NCBI GenBank assembly: GCA_001799895.1
Contig: MGUI01000051.1
Span: 1 to 32,000 of the forward strand
From: Elusimicrobia bacterium GWD2_63_28
GTDB taxonomy: Bacteria; Elusimicrobiota; Elusimicrobia; Elusimicrobiales; UBA9959
Direction: 5' to 3'
DNA length: 32,000 nt
Part shown: positions 25,061 to 32,000 of the stretch, piece by piece
How the letters are laid out: the number at the start of each line of letters is the position of its first letter
How positions within the stretch are numbered: the stretch's first letter is position 1
Position numbers and translations under genes: made by a program
The notes under the pieces: generated by a model
Told to the model about the DNA's origin: nothing
Database searches by the model: none
Seen by the model: only the letters and a program-made list of their open reading frames with translations

Positions 25061-26346
25061 ACAAGACGAATTCCATAATAGAGAAAGTGCTTAAAGATCC
25101 GGTCACGGACCACGTGGTCCTGGCCTATTCCAAAAGCGAGACGCACCATATCCGCTTCTCCAATAACTCGGTCAACAGGGAAAACCTGCACAAGCTGGAA
25201 GAGGAAGTGAAGGCCGAGGTCGGGGTGGACGGCGCGACCGGCGCCTGCCGCACCAACGACCTTTCCGAGGAGGGCATAAAGCGCGCCGTCGCCAAAGCTT
25301 ACGAGACCGCAAAGCTGCTGCCCAAAGATCCGGAATACATGCCGCCCATCACGCAGCAGGAGGCGGCGGCGGTAAAGAACTTCAAGCCCGCTTTCGGCGA
25401 GTTTTCAGAAGAAAAGAAATACGGCATACTCGACGAGGCGTTCGGGGAAATGAAGAAGGCCGGGCTGAACTCCGCCGGGAGCCTTTCGGCCAACCCGTAC
25501 ACGCTGGAGGTCTACAACAACAGGGGCGCGCGCCTTTCCCACACCAACTGCTTCTCCACGCTGGCCCTGACGGCCATGACGGGGAACTCTTCGTTCAAGG
25601 ATTCGCACATCTCCAAGGATTTCTCCGACTACGACGGCGCCAAATTCCTGTCGGACCTGGTGTCCCGCGCGAAGCTGTCGGAGAACCCGGGCCCGCTGGA
25701 GCCCGGCAAGTACACCGTGGTGCTGGGGCCCGCGGCCGTGGAAGAACTGCTGCTTTTCTTCTGCTGGTACAATATGGACGCCAAGGCCATAGACGAGGGG
25801 CGCTCGGCTTTCTCCAAGCGGCCCGGCGCGACCATAGCCTCCGACCTGGTGCATATCTGCTCCAAGCCGGACCACGGCCGGGTGGGCCTGCACCCTTTCT
25901 GCATCGATGACGGGATGCCCTACACTGAATTCGACATGATAAAGGGGGGCAAGCTGGTGAGCCCCTGGTATTCCAGGTTCTACGCCGCCAAGAAGGGCGT
26001 GGCCGCCACCGGCAAGCAGTCCGCGAATATCCTGTTCAAGGGCACGGATAAGCCGCTCGAGGCGCTCATCGCCGGGGTGGAAAACGGCGTCTACGTGAAC
26101 AGCTTCTGGTACATCCGCCTGGTGGACCTGATGGACGGCATCTTTACCGGCATGACGCGCGACGGGGTCTTCCGCATCAAGGACGGCAAACTGGCCGGGA
26201 GCGTGAATAATTTCCGCTTCAACCAGAGCGTCTTCGACCTGCTGCTCAACACCATAGACGTGGGCCGGGCCAAGGATATGTTCTTCACCTCGATGCCCCC
26301 CATAACGGTCCGCGACTTCAACTTCGTCAGCAAGACGGAATTCTGA
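25057..26346 (+). CDS. pmbA: TldD/PmbA (TldE) family protein
   Basis: MNKTNSIIEKVLKDP...; overlaps tldD stop (ATGA); 'GPLEPGKYTVVLGPAAVEELLLFFCWYNMDA'. ORF track start at 24283 is too far upstream. Confidence 0.88.
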   Translation: MNKTNSIIEKVLKDPVTDHVVLAYSKSETHHIRFSNNSVNRENLHKLEEEVKAEVGVDGATGACRTNDLSEEGIKRAVAKAYETAKLLPKDPEYMPPITQQEAAAVKNFKPAFGEFSEEKKYGILDEAFGEMKKAGLNSAGSLSANPYTLEVYNNRGARLSHTNCFSTLALTAMTGNSSFKDSHISKDFSDYDGAKFLSDLVSRAKLSENPGPLEPGKYTVVLGPAAVEELLLFFCWYNMDAKAIDEGRSAFSKRPGATIASDLVHICSKPDHGRVGLHPFCIDDGMPYTEFDMIKGGKLVSPWYSRFYAAKKGVAATGKQSANILFKGTDKPLEALIAGVENGVYVNSFWYIRLVDLMDGIFTGMTRDGVFRIKDGKLAGSVNNFRFNQSVFDLLLNTIDVGRAKDMFFTSMPPITVRDFNFVSKTEF

Positions 26347-26367
26347 ACCCCGCGGTAAGCAACAGGG

Positions 26368-26393
26368 AAGGCCGGGCAGTCCCGGCCTTCTTT
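26368..26393 (+). terminator. rho-independent terminator
   Basis: AAGGCCGGG-CAGT-CCCGGCCTT followed by CTTT. Confidence 0.8.
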
Positions 26394-26492
26394 ATTCCGC
26401 CCGTCCCCTGACGGGCGCCCGGGACAAAAATTATATAATGCTTATGAGCGGGGAGAAAAACGCCCGCCCGTCGGCCGCGGTATAAGGGAAAA

Positions 26493-27110
26493 ATGAATTT
26501 TGCTGAAGATATCAGGACGGTCTTTTCCAAGGACCCGGCCGCTCGCGGCTTTTGGGAGGTGCTGCTCTGCTATCCCGGCCTGCACGCCGTCTGGCTTTAC
26601 CGGCCCGCCCACTGGCTCTGGCAGCGGGGGCTCCATTTCCCGGCGCGGCTGATCTCCCATCTGGCGCGCTTCCTGACCGGGGTCGAGATACACCCCGGGG
26701 CCACTATCGGCCGCCGCTTCTTCATAGACCACGGCATGGGCGTGGTGATAGGCGAGACCTCCGAGATCGGCGACGACGTGCTGGTTTACCAGGGCGTGGT
26801 GCTGGGCGGCACGTCGCTCGAGCATAAGAAGCGCCATCCCACGCTTGGCAACGGTGTGGTGGTGGGGGCCGGCGCTATCGTGCTGGGCGCCATAAAGATC
26901 GGCGACCGCTCGCGCATAGGCGCGGCCTCGGTGGTGCTGCAGGACATCCCGCCCGACACCACCGTCTTCGGCGTGCCCGCGCACAGCGCCCGCGGCGGGG
27001 CCGGCAGGCAACAGCTCGACCACAACAAGCTGCCGGACTTCTGCGGCGAAGAGATGCGCCGCGTGCAGGCCCAGCTGGACGAACTCAAAAGGGAGCTGGC
27101 CAAAAAATGA
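26493..27110 (+). CDS. cysE: serine O-acetyltransferase
   Basis: '[30 protein letters not shown]', '[46 protein letters not shown]' left-handed beta-helix. Confidence 0.94.
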   Translation: MNFAEDIRTVFSKDPAARGFWEVLLCYPGLHAVWLYRPAHWLWQRGLHFPARLISHLARFLTGVEIHPGATIGRRFFIDHGMGVVIGETSEIGDDVLVYQGVVLGGTSLEHKKRHPTLGNGVVVGAGAIVLGAIKIGDRSRIGAASVVLQDIPPDTTVFGVPAHSARGGAGRQQLDHNKLPDFCGEEMRRVQAQLDELKRELAKK

Positions 27111-28054
27111 AATACGCCCCCGACCTGAGCGGCCTGATAGGCCGCACCCCGCTGGTCCGCGTCAACAGCATCGCCGCCGGCAGCAAGGCGCTGCTGCTGG
27201 CCAAGCTGGAATTTTTCAACCCGTCCTCCAGCGTTAAGGACAGGGCCGCCTGGGGCATGCTGGCCGACGCCGAGGAGCGCGGCCTGCTCAAGCCCGGCGC
27301 GCTGGTGGTAGAGCCCACCAGCGGCAATACCGGCATAGGCCTGGCCTGGCTCTGCGCCATAAAAGGCTACCGCCTGGTGCTGACCATGCCCGAGACCATG
27401 AGCCTGGAGCGCCGCAAGATCCTGCACGCCTTCGGGGCCGCAATGGTCCTTACGCCGGGCGCCGACGGCATGGCCGGAGCGGTGGCCAAAGCCGAGGAGA
27501 TAGTGGCCGCCACGCCCGGGGCCTTCATGCCGCGGCAGTTTTCCAACCCCGCCAATCCGGCCATACACGAAAAGACCACGGCGGAAGAGATCTGGGCCGA
27601 TACCGACGGAGAAATAGATTTTCTGGTGGCCGGGGTGGGCACCGGCGGAACTTTGACCGGGGTGGCGCGGCTGCTGAAGGCGCGCAGGCCCGGCGTGAAA
27701 ATTATCGCGGTAGAGCCCGCCGCCTCCCCGCTGCTGTCGGGCGGCGCGGCCGGCCCGCACCGCATACAGGGCATAGGCGCTAATTTTATCCCCGAAGTCC
27801 TGGACCGGTCCCTGGTAGACGAAGTGCTGCGGACCGGCGACGAAGAGGCGGGCGTCATGGCCCGCCGCCTGATGAAAGAGGAAGGGATCTTCGCCGGCAT
27901 TTCTTCCGGCGCGGCCATGGCGGCCGCCGCGGAGATAGCGCTGCGCCCCGGCTCGGCCGGCAAGACTATAGTCGCCATCCTCCCGGACACCGCCGAGCGC
28001 TACCTGAGCACCTGGCTCTTCGAGGACCTGCCGCCGCAGGGGGCCTCGGATTAA
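27107..28054 (+). CDS. cysK: cysteine synthase (O-acetylserine sulfhydrylase)
   Basis: '[13 protein letters not shown]', '[15 protein letters not shown]', '[14 protein letters not shown]', '[16 protein letters not shown]'. Confidence 0.92.
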   Translation: MKYAPDLSGLIGRTPLVRVNSIAAGSKALLLAKLEFFNPSSSVKDRAAWGMLADAEERGLLKPGALVVEPTSGNTGIGLAWLCAIKGYRLVLTMPETMSLERRKILHAFGAAMVLTPGADGMAGAVAKAEEIVAATPGAFMPRQFSNPANPAIHEKTTAEEIWADTDGEIDFLVAGVGTGGTLTGVARLLKARRPGVKIIAVEPAASPLLSGGAAGPHRIQGIGANFIPEVLDRSLVDEVLRTGDEEAGVMARRLMKEEGIFAGISSGAAMAAAAEIALRPGSAGKTIVAILPDTAERYLSTWLFEDLPPQGASD

Positions 28055-28055
28055 T

Positions 28056-28514
28056 ATGAAACTCGCCACCCTCTGTTACGTTCAAAAAAACGGCAAGACC
28101 CTGATGCTGCACCGCGTCAAGAAGGCGGACGACGTGCACGAGGGGAAATGGAACGGCCTCGGCGGCAAGCTGGAGACCGGCGAGAGCCCCGAGGACTGCG
28201 TGATAAGGGAGATCCGCGAAGAGGCCGGGCTGAAGATCAGGGCACCGAAACTCAAAGGCGTGCTCACCTTCCCGGATTTCGCCAAAAGCGAGGACTGGTA
28301 TGTCTTCGTCTTCACCGCCTCGAACTTTACCGGCCGGCTGATAGATTCCCCTGAAGGGAACCTGGCCTGGATCCCAAACAGGGACCTGCTGAAGTTGAAC
28401 TTATGGGAAGGGGACAAGGTGTTCCTGCCCCTGCTCAGGCGGAAGGGGCATTTCTCCGGCAAGTTCCAGTACCGCGGCGGCCGGCTGCTCAAATACAGCG
28501 TGGAAAAATACTGA
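28056..28514 (+). CDS. NUDIX hydrolase (MutT/8-oxo-dGTP diphosphatase-like)
   Basis: Nudix box 'GGKLETGESPEDCVIREIREEAGL'. Confidence 0.93.
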   Translation: MKLATLCYVQKNGKTLMLHRVKKADDVHEGKWNGLGGKLETGESPEDCVIREIREEAGLKIRAPKLKGVLTFPDFAKSEDWYVFVFTASNFTGRLIDSPEGNLAWIPNRDLLKLNLWEGDKVFLPLLRRKGHFSGKFQYRGGRLLKYSVEKY

Positions 28515-29620
28515 TGAAAAAAGAACTTATACTGGGCCTTATGAGCGGTACCTCCGCCGACGGGCTTTCCATAGCCCTCTGCGAAGCCGGCGGGGGCGGG
28601 CTGGAGGTAAAAGCCTTCGGCAATTACCCTTACCCGGCGGCGCTGCAGGTGCGCATCATAGCCGCTAAAGACATGGCGGCCCCTGAACTCTCCGCCCTGA
28701 ACTTCGAGCTCGGGCGCCTCTGGGCCGGCATGGTGAAGTCTTTCTGCAGGAAACACCGTGTGCCCTATAAAAAAATAGCTGTCATCGGCTCCCACGGCCA
28801 GACGGTCTGGCATGCCCCGGGCAAAAAGGGCCACACGCTGCAGATTGGCGAGGCCTCTTTCATAGCCGAAGAGACCGGCCGCCCGGTGGCCTGCGATTTC
28901 CGCCCGGCCGACATGGCGGCCGGCGGGGAGGGCGCGCCCCTTATCCCGTTCATGGACGAATACCTGTTCGGGGGCGGCAGGCCCGTCGGGCTGCAGAACA
29001 TAGGCGGCGTGGGCAATATCGCCTTCGCCGGCAAGGGCGTAAAAACCTTCGGCTTCGACACCGGGCCCGGCAACTCGCTGATGGACACGGCGGTCTGTGA
29101 AATTTCCGGCGGCCGGCTTGCCTACGACAAGGGCGGCGCGTGGGCCGCCTCGGGCGAGGCGGACCTGGGCAAGGTAGACCAGTTGCTGGACGCTCCTTTC
29201 TTCTCGCGCCGCCCGCCCAAGTCCCTGGACCGCAGCGAGTACACCCTGGCCTTCATCAAGAAGCATTTTCCGGGGCAGCTCAATAAAAAATGCGCCGGCA
29301 ACCTGCTGGCGACGCTGAACCTCTTCACCGCGGCCTCCATCGCCCTGGCCTTCAGGAATTTCGCGCCGCGCGGCGCGAAAGAGCTGATCGTCAGCGGCGG
29401 CGGCGCCCTGAACCCGGCGCTGATGGATAATATCGCGGCCCTGCTGCTGCCGGCCGGCGTCCGCGTGCGCTCTATCGCCGAGCTGGGCATACACCCGCTG
29501 GCCAAGGAGCCGGCCTGCTTCGCGCTGCTGGGCTGGCTGGCGCTGCGCGGGCGGGTCAACCACTGCCCGGCCGCCACCGGGGCGCGCGGGTCGCGCGTAC
29601 TGGGCAAACTGCTGCGCTGA
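28514..29620 (+). CDS. anmK: anhydro-N-acetylmuramic acid kinase
   Basis: MKKELILGLMSGTSADGLSIALCE; 'AVIGSHGQTVWH', 'QNIGGVGNIAF', 'FDTGPGNSLMD', 'ELIVSGGGALNPALM'. Confidence 0.94.
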   Translation: MKKELILGLMSGTSADGLSIALCEAGGGGLEVKAFGNYPYPAALQVRIIAAKDMAAPELSALNFELGRLWAGMVKSFCRKHRVPYKKIAVIGSHGQTVWHAPGKKGHTLQIGEASFIAEETGRPVACDFRPADMAAGGEGAPLIPFMDEYLFGGGRPVGLQNIGGVGNIAFAGKGVKTFGFDTGPGNSLMDTAVCEISGGRLAYDKGGAWAASGEADLGKVDQLLDAPFFSRRPPKSLDRSEYTLAFIKKHFPGQLNKKCAGNLLATLNLFTAASIALAFRNFAPRGAKELIVSGGGALNPALMDNIAALLLPAGVRVRSIAELGIHPLAKEPACFALLGWLALRGRVNHCPAATGARGSRVLGKLLR

Positions 29621-30936
29621 TGGACCGGCCTCCGCCCCACCGCTCTAAACTGGCCCTGCTGCTGCGGGCCTTCAAGTACAGGAATTACCGGCTTTTCTTC
29701 AGCGGCCAGCTCGTCTCCCTCATAGGCACCTGGATGCAGACCGTGGCGCTGAGCTGGCTGATCTACCGGCTCACCGGCTCGCCGCTGCTGCTGGGCGTCA
29801 CGGCCTTCGCCGCGCAGGTGCCCACGCTGCTGCTGGCGCCGTTCACCGGCCCGGCGGCGGACCGGTTCGACCGCCGCAGCATCCTCCTGCTCACGCAAAG
29901 CCTTTCGATGCTGCAGTCCCTGGCGCTGGCCCTGCTGGTGCTGTTCGGTTCGCCCCAGCCCTGGCAGATCATCGCGCTCGCCTCGCTGCTCGGCGTGATC
30001 AACGCCTTCGACATGCCCGCCCGCCAGTCCTTTATCATACAGCTGGTGGAAAAGCGCGAAGACCTGGCCAACGCCATCGCCCTCAACTCCTCAATGTTCA
30101 ATTCCGCCCGGCTGATCGGGCCTTCCGTGGCCGGCATCTTCATCGCCGCTTTCGGCGAGGGCGCCTGCTTCCTGATAAATTCCCTGTCGTACCTGGCGGT
30201 CATCGCGGCGCTGGCGGCCATGAAGATCAAGCCCGCCGCCGCCGGCCCGCGCAAGTCCAGGGGGGGCTTCGCCGAGGGGCTGAAATACGTTTCAGGCTTC
30301 CCGCCGATAAAATACATCATGCTGATGCTGGCCGTGGGCAGCCTGCTCGGCATGCCCTACGCCGTGCTGATGCCCGCCTACGTGCGGGATATCCTGCACG
30401 GCGGGCCCAGGACGCTCGGTTTCCTGATGGGGGCCTCGGGCGTAGGGGCCGTGCTGGGCGCCCTGCGCCTGGCCCTGCGCCGGAACCCGGCCGGGCTGGA
30501 GCGGGAGATAGCGGTCTATACCGGCATCTTCGGGCTGGGGCTGACGGCTTTCTCTTTCTCTTCCGACTTCGTGTTCTCCGCCCCGCTGCTGGCGCTGTCG
30601 AGCTTCGGCATGGTCAGCTTCTTCGCCTCCTCCAACACGGTGATACAGACCCTGGTGGAGGACGACAAACGCGGCCGGGTAATGGCGCTCCACTCGGTGG
30701 CCTTCATGGGCATGGCCCCTTTCGGCAGCCTGCTGGCGGGGCTGGCGGCCGCCCGCCTGGGGCCGGCCCGCGCCATGACGCTCAGCGGCCTCTGCGTGCT
30801 GGCCGCGGCCGCGGTCTTCGCTTCCCGGCGGAAGCTCATCTCGGAGCACGCCGCGCCGGTTTATACCAGGCTCGGCATGGGCGGCCTGGCCTCGCTCGAA
30901 CTGCAGGAGGCGGAGCAGGCCGAAAGGCCCGTCTAG
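29620..30936 (+). CDS. MFS transporter (EntS-like exporter family)
   Basis: 'AFKYRNYRLFFSGQLVSLIGTWMQTVALSWLIYRLTGS', 'PFTGPAADRFDRRSILLLTQ'. Confidence 0.9.
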   Translation: MDRPPPHRSKLALLLRAFKYRNYRLFFSGQLVSLIGTWMQTVALSWLIYRLTGSPLLLGVTAFAAQVPTLLLAPFTGPAADRFDRRSILLLTQSLSMLQSLALALLVLFGSPQPWQIIALASLLGVINAFDMPARQSFIIQLVEKREDLANAIALNSSMFNSARLIGPSVAGIFIAAFGEGACFLINSLSYLAVIAALAAMKIKPAAAGPRKSRGGFAEGLKYVSGFPPIKYIMLMLAVGSLLGMPYAVLMPAYVRDILHGGPRTLGFLMGASGVGAVLGALRLALRRNPAGLEREIAVYTGIFGLGLTAFSFSSDFVFSAPLLALSSFGMVSFFASSNTVIQTLVEDDKRGRVMALHSVAFMGMAPFGSLLAGLAAARLGPARAMTLSGLCVLAAAAVFASRRKLISEHAAPVYTRLGMGGLASLELQEAEQAERPV

Positions 30937-30961
30937 GCCCTTTTTTTGTAGAATTTAACAG

Positions 30962-32000
30962 ATGGATAAGAGCAGGCCCCGCCTTTCCGGCGAAATCAAG
31001 ACCATACTCAAAAAAGTATCCCGCACGCTTTACCTGAGCGTGAACATCCTGCCCGAGCCCGCGCGGATGCACATGGGGCTGGGCTATCTGCTTTGCCGCG
31101 CGCTGGATACCGTGGCGGACACCCCCGGCGTGACGGCCCAGGAGAAACTGCGCATCCTGGCGCTCGCCCGCGGGCTGGACAAGCCCGGCGCGGGCGACGA
31201 ACTGCTTGAGAGGATACAGGCCCTGCAGGCCCGCCCCGCGCACCAGGGGGAGCGGGAGCTGCTGCTGAAATTCGGCAAGGTGCTCTCTCTCTACGCCGAA
31301 CTGCCCGCCGACGACAAACCCCTTTTCTCTGAACTGCTCGGCGGCGTTGCCGCGGGCATGGAGATGGACGTAGTCTCCTTCCCCGGCGGCGCCCCGGCCG
31401 CCCTTAAAACCTGCGGAGACCTGGAGCGCTACTGCCGCCTGATCGGCGGGGCGCCGGGCGTGTTCTGGGCCAGGCTTTACCGCGAGGCCATACGCCGCTC
31501 AAGCCGGAGCGTGTCTAATTTTCCTTCGGAAAAAGACGCGGAGATGATAGGCTCAGCCCTGCAGATGACGAATCTCCTCAAGGATATGGCGGCCGACCTG
31601 CGCGCCGGCCGCTGCTACCTGCCGCAGGAAGACCTGGATACCAGGAACATGAAGCCGGAGGAACTGCTGGTCCCGGCCAACATGGCGCGCGTCAGGGAGC
31701 TCACCGCCAAGTGGACCTGCTGGGCGCTCGACAGGCTGGACCAGTGCGAGGTTTTCGTGTCGGCCATCCCCAAGACCGAGCTGGCCCTGCGGGCCGCCGT
31801 GATCTGGCCCGTCTATTGGGCCATGGACACCCTGGAAGAGGCCGCCCATTCCAATTTGCTGGACCCGGGCGACAGGCCGCGCGTGAAGCGCCACCGGATC
31901 TACACTACCATAGCGGCCACGCCGCCGCTGCTGCTCAGCAACACCGCTTTCGCCCGCGGCTACAGGTTCCGCAGGGAGACGCTCATCGGTTCTATAACCG
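30962..32000 (+). CDS. squalene/phytoene synthase family (trans-isoprenyl diphosphate synthase, head-to-head), partial at the right edge
   Basis: My own translation (absent from the ORF track because it runs off the window): 'KVSRTLYLSVNILPEPARMHMGLGYLLCRALDTVADT' and 'ALQMTNLLKDMAADLRAGRCYLPQEDL'. Confidence 0.85.
   Translation, partial: MDKSRPRLSGEIKTILKKVSRTLYLSVNILPEPARMHMGLGYLLCRALDTVADTPGVTAQEKLRILALARGLDKPGAGDELLERIQALQARPAHQGERELLLKFGKVLSLYAELPADDKPLFSELLGGVAAGMEMDVVSFPGGAPAALKTCGDLERYCRLIGGAPGVFWARLYREAIRRSSRSVSNFPSEKDAEMIGSALQMTNLLKDMAADLRAGRCYLPQEDLDTRNMKPEELLVPANMARVRELTAKWTCWALDRLDQCEVFVSAIPKTELALRAAVIWPVYWAMDTLEEAAHSNLLDPGDRPRVKRHRIYTTIAATPPLLLSNTAFARGYRFRRETLIGSIT

Noticed and set aside
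28082-29563. 493 aa minus-strand ORF opposite nudix/anmK
   Set aside because: Shadow ORF; the plus strand has unambiguous Nudix and AnmK proteins.
1-32000. CRISPR arrays, tRNA or rRNA genes, integrases/transposases, toxin-antitoxin pairs or defence systems
   Set aside because: Looked for regularly spaced repeats, cloverleaf-like segments and characteristic protein motifs on both strands; none seen.

Overview
This 32 kb high-GC window is densely coding. Gene content and style suggest an Elusimicrobiota-like genome, but that placement is only an inference. The outstanding signal is a minus-strand gene pair at 15505-16787 that matches HgcA/HgcB, the corrinoid protein and ferredoxin required for microbial mercury methylation. 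HgcA carries the diagnostic cap-helix motif GINVWCAAGK and the membrane-domain motif FTGASTYTSLSGVMKEM. The pair sits between two arsenic-type modules. The left module (12033-15499) is arsR, a YraQ/ArsP-like permease, a redox thioredoxin, a DGC-domain protein, arsF-like and arsG-like genes. The right module (16861-19073) is arsR, a HesB-like protein, arsC and an ACR3 arsenite exporter, followed by a PhnD-like lipoprotein. hgcA and the second arsR are divergent and share a 9-8-9 bp perfect inverted repeat that overlaps a consensus -10 box. Elsewhere the window has a TetR-regulated TolC/HlyD/ABC2 efflux operon (ybhGFSR-like), a class A beta-lactamase-fold hydrolase, an M42 peptidase, an RsuA/RluB pseudouridine synthase, a FadL-like porin, a WD40 protein, a lineage-specific secreted protein and tldD/pmbA. 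It also has cysE-cysK-nudix-anmK-MFS and a squalene/phytoene synthase running off the right edge. Two diverged copies of an ~80 bp hyphenated palindromic element, plus one of a related-looking type, lie in intergenic regions. One copy supplies the stop codon of the pseudouridine synthase gene.
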